A DNA stretch of 56,983 nucleotides from IMG/VR virus record IMGVR_UViG_3300036772_000333, positions 1-56,983 of that record; one strand, written 5' to 3'. The position numbers and the translations under genes were made by a program. Below, one piece after another: positions 1 to 8,332 of the stretch. This DNA is from a virus. Lineage: Duplodnaviria > Caudoviricetes. Numbering within the stretch: position 1 is the stretch's first letter; each line of letters opens with the position of its first letter. The notes under the pieces were generated by a model. The model was not told the DNA's origin, did not search any database, and saw only the letters and a program-made list of their open reading frames with translations.

Positions 1-127
1 TTCCGCCGGAAAATGTCATGCTGCCTTGGGTTCCGCCAAGTGTCAGGGCAGCCGTGATGATTGTTACACTCAAACCCGCCGGTGTCGATACGGAAAATAA
101 GCCTGTTGTCGCATCATAACCAACCAG
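1..127. repeat. 127-bp terminal direct repeat, copy 1 (assembly overlap of a circular/permuted genome)
   Basis: 1-127 is identical to 56857-56983. Confidence 0.97.
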
Positions 128-787
128 GTACTCCCCGGCGACTGGCGTTACCGTGGCTGGCAGGACCGGTGTTCCCGATATATCCGCGTAGGCCGGCTGG
201 GTCGCAGTGAAGGCTCCCGTGGAGGCGTTGTAGCTGTTGATCCATTCGTGCGCTACCGCATTGAAGGTGATGGGAACGATCGGGCACGTCGTTGCGAAGA
301 AGTCAGATCCGGTGAAGGTGACGATGGCGAAGTACCCCCCGGCAAGAGGCATGGACGCTGCCGCCGGGTTGAACGCGTAGCTGATGGTGCCGCTCATCGG
401 TGTGAGCGTTGCCAGACCGGTTCCTTGGTTTTCCAGGAACACGAGGTACGGGGAGGAGACTCCATTGCTCAAGGTGATCGCGATGGGAGATGCATCGTTT
501 AGGATGACGGTCGCTCCATTGTCTCCCGGTTGCGTGGTGTAGGCTGTCTGGCCGGATTGATCGTTTACCGTGCCAATCGAGGTGACCGGAGACCCGCCTC
601 CGCCCGAAGGAGAAGACGCGACAACCACCGTCCTGCTGGAGGCTGCCGCTGTTGCCGTTCCATGCACTGCCGCGATGGCCTGCGCGTGGTTATTCAGCTT
701 CTGGTAGATCAGTTGGAGATGGTAACGGACCCTGTCTTCGACCTCGAGTCCAACTGCAGGAAAATAGGTTGTGATGGGGGTTGTCAT
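1..787 (-). CDS. Virion/tail structural protein, 271 aa, spanning the origin (5' part; continues 56856->56828)
   Basis: ATG at 787 overlaps the TGA of the upstream gene (ATGA). Open frame MTTPITTYFPAVGLEVEDRVRYHLQLIYQKLNNHAQ...; T/G/S-rich; absent from the ORF track because it crosses the join. Confidence 0.85.
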   Translation of the reverse strand, partial: MTTPITTYFPAVGLEVEDRVRYHLQLIYQKLNNHAQAIAAVHGTATAAASSRTVVVASSPSGGGGSPVTSIGTVNDQSGQTAYTTQPGDNGATVILNDASPIAITLSNGVSSPYLVFLENQGTGLATLTPMSGTISYAFNPAAASMPLAGGYFAIVTFTGSDFFATTCPIVPITFNAVAHEWINSYNASTGAFTATQPAYADISGTPVLPATVTPVAGEYLVGYDATTGLFSVSTPAGLSVTIITAALTLGGTQGSMTFSGG

Positions 788-3700
788 ATCGCGGCTGTAT
801 CTCCTTGGCTCTCCGCTCCAAACGGTTTTTTGATGGTATACGCCTTCGCGCGCCCCCAGGCACCGATCCACACCTCTACATCTTCTTTCCAGAGAAAGAA
901 TGGGACCGAGCACGTTACAGAGAACGAACATATCTTGAACTTATTGGGCGGACACTTCATCACGACCTTAGCGGGGTTTACCTGCGATCCGGTCGCGGGC
1001 CATGCCACCGAGAAGTTTCCCTGGTCCGTGGTCACCGTTACCGTAACCTCTTGGGTCGCGATGTAGGCCAGATTGATCTGGTAGATGTGTTGCCACCCCC
1101 GGAGTCCGTTATCGGACCCCTCTGTTGTCCAGGTCTCCGCCGCATCGGGGTAAGGTACTGCGATCCACTTCGCCGATCCTGTACCAGAGGGCCAGATACG
1201 CCACGGCACTCCGTCCGTCGAGACGATGCGAACCAGATGCGTCACAAAGGGTGTCGCAAACGAGAATGCCTGAACCGATTGCCCATTGAAGGTTGTGGGG
1301 CTGGGAGTTGGCGTGTGCAGATTTCCCAGTTCGTCTTCCACGTGGAAGGTCTTTGCTGCCCCAAGCGAATCGGCCTGAAGCAAAAGGCCCTGAATAAACT
1401 TGTTGCTGTCGGTTCCCAGGTCGTCCCAATCCGTGGGGCGGTCCTGCACGTTTTCCGGTAGCTCAATCCAATCCGGCTGCCACAAATCCAGGATATTGGC
1501 GAGGTTGATCGACCAGGAAGCCTTGAGCGAAATGTCGTCCAGATCGTCGGCAAATCCCGAAGTAAAGTCGAGGATGTACGGTATCAGTGTTCCGCTGCCG
1601 GTGATCGAGTTTGGAGAAAACCCAGAGAGGGCGACGGTGCCACGTGTGCTATAGAGTCCGATTGTGGTTGTGCCGGCCAATTGCGCCTTGAGAAAGACAT
1701 CGCCGATCCGCTTGATGGCCCTGGAGTCTCCACCATTTTCGCTTTTGGTGACGATGATCGCGTTCTGCGCCTCGGTGTTGCCGCTTCCCATGGTGCGTAC
1801 CGTTCCGTCCGTACACCCCACCAGAACGGCGTTGATGTTCTGTCCTACCTGCCAGGAGTGCACATTGACCGGAGGCGTATAGGCATCGACCGTCCAACCC
1901 TTGCCTTCGGTATCGAAGACCAGCGTTCTAGGGTTTCCATTGGTGTCCTGATAGTCGTAATAGAGGTAGCCCGCCGCCAACGAGAGTTGCTGTGCATTTG
2001 GCTTGGTATCGTCCGGCGGAAAAACCGTCTGCCCGCCAATGACGACCGGTTGCGGCACGTGGCCTTCATGAGGGAAAAGGTTGTAAATATCGTCTGAAAC
2101 CGACTTTTCCGCCCCCCCGCCCGCAGAGGCGAAGATTCCATCCTTCGCGCGATAGAAGATCAGCGAACCAAGCGCGGCAATCGCATACCGCATATACAGG
2201 CCACGCGTCGCGGCAGACTGGATGATCGCCCATTGCGTTCCTGTCGTGCCTGTTACGGTCGCCAGCGCATCCGCGAAGTTGGGAATAATCAGCCAAAACC
2301 GCTCCGAGGAGAAGACGGTGCTCAACTCAGACGTAATCGTTCCATTCTGCAGTGGTTCGGCGGGCGAGGTGACGGCAAGCCGGTTTGTGTCCGGGGCAGA
2401 GTCGAAGTTGTTTCCCTTGGACCATACCAGGTCGCCGGTATTCAGAGGGTCGAGTCCAAAGTAGTATGCACCCGCGTTGTCGGGGGTTGGACCCCAAATC
2501 ACCGGCGATGGCTGCGCCGCAAGGTCCGGCTCTGCAATGTTGTACGTCAGGTTCGTCAACGTGGTCGGCAGGGCAGCGGGAAGGATCACGGTAACCTGGG
2601 TCGCGGAGGTCGGACGATTATAGAACTGGTACGCAACCCCTCCGATAACGATCAGTGTTCCGGGAAGCCATCGCACATTGAATTGATCCCCTGAGACCCA
2701 CGTCACTTGCATGGTGCCGGCCACTGCGCCGGCAGCCACGTTGACGACCCCGGCTTTGGGGAGGTCAATCGATGGAAATGGCTCTAAATTGTCGAACTGC
2801 AGTTGCTGGTTGGTTGCAGCACCCAGGTCGGAGAGGGTGTCGACAAACGCGGTCGCAGAATTTGGTCCGGTGCCGACGTAGGTAAAGTTCGCTAAGCCGC
2901 CGCCTTGCCGGTAGAAGTCGATCTTGTCCACCTGTGGGTCGGAGGATGGGGTAGGAACAATACTGGCGTCCTGAACCGAATAAAACACCGTGACGCCCAT
3001 CGAGTTGATGAACGACCGGTCCGATCCGCCAACCGTTTGCGTGGTGATCTGGACACCAAACCCAAAGGAAGGGTCGTTGATGATATCCGGCGTGAGAGTG
3101 GCCCCCCACGTGTCCGCATTGCCGCCCTGGATGGCATCCGTGCTGGAGGCGGAGTTGGGGATGCCGGGAAACTTCTGGTTGCCGATCTGCTGGCCGAGGT
3201 AATAGAGCGAGACCGCCGTGAGAACGCCGGTACCCGCAAACTGGCCGACCCAATTCAAATCGACCGAGATGCCATCGATGTTGACTCCCTCCGGCACGGT
3301 GAATGGGGTGGAACCCATCTTGACCACAACGAAGTCGGTTGTAACACCCGATCCAACGCTTCCGGTTGTCCTGAGCTGTGGGCTATTGAACTCGTATTGC
3401 AGTGAATTGAAGGTGTAGTTGGTCGCAAACGCTGTTGCCGGAATCGTCTCCGAGGGACCGAACTGGCTGTTGGTTCCAGGAATCGAGTCAGGAGCAGGGT
3501 TTGACAGCGCTCCGGTCACCGACGACCGGTAGACGTAGGTATAGAAAATCTGGGTCGTCCCCGTACCGCCACCGACAAACGTCACGCCGGCAGCCGTCTG
3601 AGGCTCCGCAATGCCAACCTTCCAGATTGTCCCGTCGGAGCGTACCTTGACCATCCCGTTGGCATCGCCGATGTAGGCCCAGGGTTGGGGGCTGGCGTTG

Positions 3701-4062
3701 GGGCGGAAGGTCATAAAACTGAGCGGCAACCCGGAGAGTCCGGTTTTGATCTGCGTCGAATTCAAGTAGAGAATCCCTGCGGTTGTGCCTTCGATCAGGG
3801 CGAACCCTGATCCTGGACCGGCGGGCGTGGCGTCATTCAACCGCAGCACGGAGATCACCGAAGCCGGCAGCGCGGAGGGCAGGACGTTGGCCCCCAACGG
3901 GGCGCGTGCCACCATGCGATCCTGCAGATAGCGACGCACGTTCTGCAGGAAGGCGTATTTTTTGGGTGGCAGGATATCGGCCGGAAGCACAAGGTTCATG
4001 CCGCCGAAGTCGAGGCGCACACCGTTTTTGTCTCGGGAGTACTGTTTAGGAGGCATTGACAT
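784..4062 (-). CDS. Podovirus tail nozzle / tail tubular protein B-like (P22 gp10-like), 1092 aa
   Basis: N-terminal DFGGMNL...NVR motif and beta-propeller-like W/G/D pattern; lies between an adaptor-like gene and ejection-like genes. Confidence 0.65.
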   Translation of the reverse strand: MSMPPKQYSRDKNGVRLDFGGMNLVLPADILPPKKYAFLQNVRRYLQDRMVARAPLGANVLPSALPASVISVLRLNDATPAGPGSGFALIEGTTAGILYLNSTQIKTGLSGLPLSFMTFRPNASPQPWAYIGDANGMVKVRSDGTIWKVGIAEPQTAAGVTFVGGGTGTTQIFYTYVYRSSVTGALSNPAPDSIPGTNSQFGPSETIPATAFATNYTFNSLQYEFNSPQLRTTGSVGSGVTTDFVVVKMGSTPFTVPEGVNIDGISVDLNWVGQFAGTGVLTAVSLYYLGQQIGNQKFPGIPNSASSTDAIQGGNADTWGATLTPDIINDPSFGFGVQITTQTVGGSDRSFINSMGVTVFYSVQDASIVPTPSSDPQVDKIDFYRQGGGLANFTYVGTGPNSATAFVDTLSDLGAATNQQLQFDNLEPFPSIDLPKAGVVNVAAGAVAGTMQVTWVSGDQFNVRWLPGTLIVIGGVAYQFYNRPTSATQVTVILPAALPTTLTNLTYNIAEPDLAAQPSPVIWGPTPDNAGAYYFGLDPLNTGDLVWSKGNNFDSAPDTNRLAVTSPAEPLQNGTITSELSTVFSSERFWLIIPNFADALATVTGTTGTQWAIIQSAATRGLYMRYAIAALGSLIFYRAKDGIFASAGGGAEKSVSDDIYNLFPHEGHVPQPVVIGGQTVFPPDDTKPNAQQLSLAAGYLYYDYQDTNGNPRTLVFDTEGKGWTVDAYTPPVNVHSWQVGQNINAVLVGCTDGTVRTMGSGNTEAQNAIIVTKSENGGDSRAIKRIGDVFLKAQLAGTTTIGLYSTRGTVALSGFSPNSITGSGTLIPYILDFTSGFADDLDDISLKASWSINLANILDLWQPDWIELPENVQDRPTDWDDLGTDSNKFIQGLLLQADSLGAAKTFHVEDELGNLHTPTPSPTTFNGQSVQAFSFATPFVTHLVRIVSTDGVPWRIWPSGTGSAKWIAVPYPDAAETWTTEGSDNGLRGWQHIYQINLAYIATQEVTVTVTTDQGNFSVAWPATGSQVNPAKVVMKCPPNKFKICSFSVTCSVPFFLWKEDVEVWIGAWGRAKAYTIKKPFGAESQGDTAAI

Positions 4063-5443
4063 CCTCCAGTGCGTACCGTGGGTCCAGTTCCTCGCCGCGA
4101 TGCCCTTCGAGCAACATCTCGCGCGTAAAGATGCCGAGGGCCACCTTGCGCTTCCTCTCCATCAGACAGTATTCCTCGAATTGCTGGTAGAGCGGCAGGG
4201 TCGCCAGGAACTCTGCGCCACCCATCTTGAACATCGCAAGATGCTGCGCGTAACAGAGAATGGCTTCGACGCCATCGGGAGAGAGCTGCACGTCGATGGA
4301 GGGGTCGACGGGGGCATTGCCGACCAGGGTTAGGATGGTCGAGACCGTCGCCGGGGGAGAGCCGCCAAAGCCTCCGGTGCCAAACCCACCGGGTTCTGCG
4401 CCGAATCCTATGCCAAACCCGACAAACGGGGCGGTCGCAACCAAATCCATGCCGCCGGTAACGAGTTGAGGGTCTGCGATACGCCAGGTGTTTTCCCAGT
4501 TCTGCGCGTAGGCGTCCATCTCGTCGACCGAGACTGTATCGACGGGAAGACCGAGAATCTCCGACCAAAGAATCCACGGCAGGAGGACCATGCCTTTGAG
4601 TGCCTTCTGGTAGCGCATGAGGCAGTATTTGGCGCGTGGGTCGTCAGTGGCTTCGGGAGCGTTTGCAAGGCAATCCGCCAAGGCACCGTACATCGCGGCC
4701 CAACACCAATCATCGGGAAGGCCAACCAGATTGGCCGTGGGGGGATCAAACGGTACGCCGCTCTGCAGGGTGATCAGATCCCATGTTCCCGGAGAGTTTG
4801 GGGTCGAACTGCAGTCGAAAAAGATCGGGGTGTTCGCGGTGATCATCCAGCTTTCAGGCGGTCCCACGGTCGCGAGCAGAGAGTTTCCGTAGGCGTTGGC
4901 GCTTAGCCGGTCTTCCTTGGCCAAGGCGTAGGGGGTTTCGACGCTTGGAGGGTTTTGAGGAATCCACCGCACCCGTCTCAGGTCGATCGTGGTCTCTGGT
5001 AATTGGGTCGTGACCCCCACGATCGGGCTGGCCAATGCGGTACCCTGCTGCACGTTGGCGCCGGAGTACTGCAGCAACTCGTCGCGCCGGTACTGCAGGG
5101 CCTCCGATAGGTTGGTGATGTTGAACTGGCTGGTTCCGGTCCACGTGGACCCTGTGGTTTTCTCCAGCAGCATGTACTCCATCTGGGTATAAATCTCGGT
5201 ATCGGTAACGGTTCTGACGCGGGGTGACGGTGCGGTGGTCAGGGTTTTCCAGGTATCGCCGGAGTTGAAGTCCAACTGGTAGGGTGCTACCCAGGTAGCG
5301 GTCTGGGCGTTGAGAACGCGCAGAGCTTCGATGAGGTAGAGTTGGGCCTCGTCGGTGGAGGTGAAGACCCCATTGATATCCTGAAGGCGTTGCAGGAGTG
5401 AGGCCTGCAGTTGCGCGAAGCTTACGTAACTGTAACCAGCCAT
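4046..5443 (-). CDS. Head-tail adaptor / tail tubular protein A-like, 465 aa (internally duplicated adaptor fold)
   Basis: GGAGG RBS; N-terminus SFAQLQASLLQRLQD...YLIEALR is typical of adaptors; directly upstream of the nozzle. Confidence 0.6.
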   Translation of the reverse strand: MAGYSYVSFAQLQASLLQRLQDINGVFTSTDEAQLYLIEALRVLNAQTATWVAPYQLDFNSGDTWKTLTTAPSPRVRTVTDTEIYTQMEYMLLEKTTGSTWTGTSQFNITNLSEALQYRRDELLQYSGANVQQGTALASPIVGVTTQLPETTIDLRRVRWIPQNPPSVETPYALAKEDRLSANAYGNSLLATVGPPESWMITANTPIFFDCSSTPNSPGTWDLITLQSGVPFDPPTANLVGLPDDWCWAAMYGALADCLANAPEATDDPRAKYCLMRYQKALKGMVLLPWILWSEILGLPVDTVSVDEMDAYAQNWENTWRIADPQLVTGGMDLVATAPFVGFGIGFGAEPGGFGTGGFGGSPPATVSTILTLVGNAPVDPSIDVQLSPDGVEAILCYAQHLAMFKMGGAEFLATLPLYQQFEEYCLMERKRKVALGIFTREMLLEGHRGEELDPRYALEDVNAS

Positions 5444-5474
5444 AGACCTCCCCTTTTACCAACACGATACCACT

Positions 5475-5970
5475 AGCCGCCTCTTCCTTGGGAGCATTTG
5501 TTTCGGGGCGCAACTCTCCTGTGCGGTAGTGGAAAACTACTAACCCTGAACCCGCGTGGCGCGACACGTTGGAACGTGCCGTAGAGCCCGTTCGGGCGAA
5601 CTGTTATGCCTGATATCCCATACTCGCTTGATCCCTTAAACGAGATAGAGGCCATCTAAGGCAGGGGCGATTACGACTGGAATCCGACTCTGATTGAACG
5701 CCTACCGTTGGGACAGCCCCCTCCGGTCTGTTAGTGCGCCATCGCGAGTATCGGACTCCCAACTTTCCGCCCGAGCACACCCCGCAGGGTATCCGGCAAC
5801 CAAACTCTCGTCCTACCGGCGTGCTGCCGATTTAGGGACTGGTCGAACATAACGACGCTATGGGAATGCAGGTTCATCTAACCGCGCCGCCTCGCTTTCG
5901 CGAAGATGCCGAGACATAGGAGTACGCTTTCAACGTGGAGTCCGAATTTTTCGGGTTCGATGAGCGCATA
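5475..5970 (-). ncRNA. Candidate large structured non-coding RNA (~500 nt), family not recognised
   Basis: Long-range helices 5958-5968/5735-5744 and 5937-5945/5751-5759; GAAA and GAGA tetraloop hairpins; G-U wobbles consistently favour the minus strand; no convincing ORF. Confidence 0.55.
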
Positions 5971-5997
5971 TTCTTTATAAACTTGGCAACTAAACCA

Positions 5998-6026
5998 TTG
6001 CACAAGTCGTCCGAATATGTCAATAT
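5998..6026 (+). promoter_or_regulatory. sigma70-type promoter for the small RNA
   Basis: TTGCAC-17 nt-CAATAT with an upstream TG; predicted +1 at about 6033, the first base of the closing stem. Confidence 0.5.
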
Positions 6027-6032
6027 TGCAGT

Positions 6033-6109
6033 TGCGGGGTGACCGTCGAATCATCCCGATTCGAGTGCATGTGAGCTTGGCGGCAACATCTAACTCGGAG
6101 CGCCCCGCA
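6033..6109 (+). ncRNA. Candidate C4/CI-like antisense small RNA (77 nt, three-way junction)
   Basis: Closing stem TGCGGGGTG/CGCCCCGCA; hairpin TCGAATC/GATTCGA; hairpin with TTGGCG loop. Confidence 0.5.
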
Positions 6110-6117
6110 CAATATCA

Positions 6118-6143
6118 AAGCCCCTCAAAACATCGAGGGGCTT
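6118..6143. terminator. Hairpin terminator, possibly bidirectional
   Basis: AAGCCCCTC...GAGGGGCTT inverted repeat between the sRNA and the convergent 6177-6653 gene; U-tracts are weak. Confidence 0.55.
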
Positions 6144-6176
6144 ACCTTATGAGAAATTTTCCCTGCATGAAAACAG

Positions 6177-6653
6177 TTACTTTTTCGGTACGGCCCACGT
6201 CTGCGTGGCAGCGTCGTAGGTCGCGGCCTCCGGCAGACTGTTTTCTTTTCTGACGATCCCTTTGACGCTCTCCATCTGTCCCGCCGCCCCGTTGACGCGC
6301 TCCATCAACTCCCGGTTCGCCTCGACAAACTTCCTCTGCGCGTCCGCATTCAATTGATCGCTTTGCTTCTTCAACTGATCGACCTGGTCCAGTAACGGCT
6401 TATACCGCTTATCGGCTCGGATCTGATCCAATAACTGCTTTTGAAGCGCCGCTGCCTTCTCATTCAACTCTTTATTGCTTGCGTCCAGACTTGAGCGCGC
6501 CTGTTGGGTCTTGGTGTCCAGTTGCGCCTTGTCGACGGCATATTGCTGCGCCATCTTGTTGAGCGTCTGGGAGGCTACGGAGTCCTTGACCGGTTCCTGG
6601 GCCATGACGCCTGCCGTAATCAGCACTATTGCAAGAAAAACCCCTATCTTCAC
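6177..6653 (-). CDS. Secreted/periplasmic coiled-coil protein (158 aa)
   Basis: AAGGAG RBS then GTG; MKIGVFLAIVLITAGVMA|QE signal peptide; heptad-rich body. Confidence 0.75.
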   Translation of the reverse strand: MKIGVFLAIVLITAGVMAQEPVKDSVASQTLNKMAQQYAVDKAQLDTKTQQARSSLDASNKELNEKAAALQKQLLDQIRADKRYKPLLDQVDQLKKQSDQLNADAQRKFVEANRELMERVNGAAGQMESVKGIVRKENSLPEAATYDAATQTWAVPKK

Positions 6654-6701
6654 CGTATCTCCTTGTATTTTCCAGTACACCAATAACACTCGCCGTTGCG
6701 G

Positions 6702-6926
6702 TCAAACACGTGCCCGCCGTGAATCCACCGACACACCATTCTCTCGATCCATGCGTTCATCCCGTAGCTCCTTGAACCTCTTTTGCGTCGAATACCCCGG
6801 ATCATGCTCCCCGTTCTCAATCCCAACCACTGTCCGGCGCGTCACCCCAAGCGCTTCGGCAAACTCCGCCTGCGTAAGCCCTTGCCCTTTTCTCCACTCC
6901 CGGAAGACCCTTCCATGCTCGTACAT
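6702..6926 (-). CDS. XRE-family HTH transcriptional regulator
   Basis: RKGQGLTQAEFAEALGVTRRTVVGIENG HTH_3 motif. Confidence 0.9.
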   Translation of the reverse strand: MYEHGRVFREWRKGQGLTQAEFAEALGVTRRTVVGIENGEHDPGYSTQKRFKELRDERMDRENGVSVDSRRARV

Positions 6927-7117
6927 ACCCGTACCTTACCCAACTTCGGATACACATGCACCACATTTCTCTCATTCCACTTCCGATGATGATTCGTCGG
7001 ACACCGCACCGGAAACGCCTCACCCCCATAATGAGGATTCGAAAACTGCCGCAACCACGGCCACCCACACACATCACACGTAAACACCTGCACCCCAGAC
7101 CGAGTATATTCAACCAT
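6842..7117 (-). CDS. Zn-ribbon protein paralog 1 (leaderless, 91 aa)
   Basis: CDVCGWPW...PVRCPTNHHRKWN; ATG 7 nt after the -10 box. Confidence 0.65.
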   Translation of the reverse strand: MVEYTRSGVQVFTCDVCGWPWLRQFSNPHYGGEAFPVRCPTNHHRKWNERNVVHVYPKLGKVRVCTSMEGSSGSGEKGKGLRRRSLPKRLG

Positions 7118-7124
7118 ACGTATC

Positions 7125-7153
7125 ATCATATCCGGTCTATCGTGTCCCGTCAA
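7125..7153 (-). promoter_or_regulatory. sigma70 promoter (leaderless transcript)
   Basis: TTGACG-17 nt-TATGAT-7 nt-ATG. Confidence 0.75.
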
Positions 7154-7274
7154 GGCTGAATTTCTCTAACGCGATTTAGGGAAGAGAGGCACCACTCCCA
7201 CGCCGCGCGCGCTCACCGGACAAGTCCGTCGCCCGAAGCACGGTCGGGGCATGTCTACGGGACCGGCGTCGATT

Positions 7275-7484
7275 CTACGACCCCGATTGCTGAGCCTTGG
7301 CGGGGGGTACAAGGCGTCGCCGCTTGGTCGGCATACTTGGGCATAGGGAAATCGTTGGTGGGGCCTTGAGCGTGGATAAGTGGTTCCATGTGCGCGCCTT
7401 GCACTGCGGGCAACGCAACGGTTGATGGCTAAGCCACACATGTCGGCAAACATCACAACTGTTGGCTTGTACCATCACCAGCAT
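7275..7484 (-). CDS. Zn-ribbon protein paralog 2 (leaderless, 69 aa)
   Basis: CDVCRHVW...PLRCPQCKARTWN; TACAAT at 7492-7497, 7 nt before ATG. Confidence 0.65.
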   Translation of the reverse strand: MLVMVQANSCDVCRHVWLSHQPLRCPQCKARTWNHLSTLKAPPTISLCPSMPTKRRRLVPPAKAQQSGS

Positions 7485-7543
7485 GGTGAATATTGTACCG
7501 GAAAGCCGGTAGTGGGGCTTAGTGGGGCTCGAAGGCTTCTAGC

Positions 7544-7729
7544 CTACGCTGGTCGCGAACATTTAGGAAAATGCAGCATATATCCGTCGTCATCGACCAA
7601 TATCGTGGGAATGCCATCAATGATATTGACCACTACGGTCTCAGGAAGATATCTTGTTGCCTCTATAAAGTCTGGACAATACTGCGAGTAGTATGTCCGA
7701 TAGGCACCTAATTGAACTTGGGCTATCAC
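7544..7729 (-). CDS. Hypothetical protein
   Basis: GAGGA RBS upstream of GTG; short ORF in a leftward run. Confidence 0.4.
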   Translation of the reverse strand: MIAQVQLGAYRTYYSQYCPDFIEATRYLPETVVVNIIDGIPTILVDDDGYMLHFPKCSRPA

Positions 7730-8030
7730 GAAGTAATTTCCTCCTCATCGTCGTAGTCGTCATAGTAGTACTCATCCTCATCACTTGAGCGTGGATGGTC
7801 AATAAATGGGAACTATATACATTACTGACTCCCTTTTGCCATAAATCACGCGAACTGCAGCACTTCCTGGTCAAGTCTCCGGGCTGCGATGCGACCTCTC
7901 TAAGATCGCAGTTATACAACGTTACGGTGCCGTGCTGGTAGTAGGGGCTTAGGCACTCTTCGACGCCTTCGCTTTCCGTGTCCGTAGTCCACACTCAGCG
8001 CAGATTACTGATTCAAGCACTGCTGGATAC

Positions 8031-8276
8031 TTATTGGCCATTTCGTAGCTCCTTTTCCACTCTCTGGATAAACTCCTCAACGTATTGACGAATATCGGGT
8101 GATGGATTGCGCTCGAGCCATCTGCGATACCATCCGGCGAGCTGGGGATCGGAGACGCGTCCAGAGTGCAGGTCGTCTCCATGGACCTGGCAGAGAGTGG
8201 CTCCGGCGTCTGCGGCCATGTTGGGGCAGTCTTCAACTAGGCACTTGAGCTTCGAGGGGCCAAAGGCTATTTTCAT
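8031..8276 (-). CDS. Small hypothetical protein with C/H Zn-binding motif (leaderless)
   Basis: CLVEDC...CQVH; extended -10 TGgTAGGGT 6 nt before ATG. Confidence 0.6.
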   Translation of the reverse strand: MKIAFGPSKLKCLVEDCPNMAADAGATLCQVHGDDLHSGRVSDPQLAGWYRRWLERNPSPDIRQYVEEFIQRVEKELRNGQ

Positions 8277-8295
8277 CGTACCACCCTACCACACC

Positions 8296-8325
8296 TTGAC
8301 TGAATAATAGTACTATGTGTACGAT
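8296..8325 (+). promoter_or_regulatory. sigma70 promoter containing the palindrome ATAGTACTAT
   Basis: TTGACT-18 nt-TACGAT (TG-extended), ATG 7 nt downstream; overlaps a divergent promoter. Confidence 0.65.
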
Positions 8326-8332
8326 TAGTAAT

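Noticed and set aside
1-127. Biological terminal repeat
   Set aside because: 127 bp equals a common assembler k-mer and the repeat falls mid-gene, so an assembly overlap is the better explanation
5473-5655. 60-aa ORF in the large intergenic gap
   Set aside because: No SD, non-protein-like composition, and it overlaps dense RNA-like stems
6033-6109. tRNA gene
   Set aside because: Size and closing stem are tRNA-like, but there is no D/anticodon/T-arm layout and no encoded CCA
5828-7182. 11-mer CGATTTAGGGA shared by two intergenic regions (5828-5838, 7172-7182)
   Set aside because: An 11-bp match is expected by chance in a genome of this size
7507-7530. Tandem TAGTGGGGCT duplication
   Set aside because: Only two 10-bp copies; too little to call iterons or an operator
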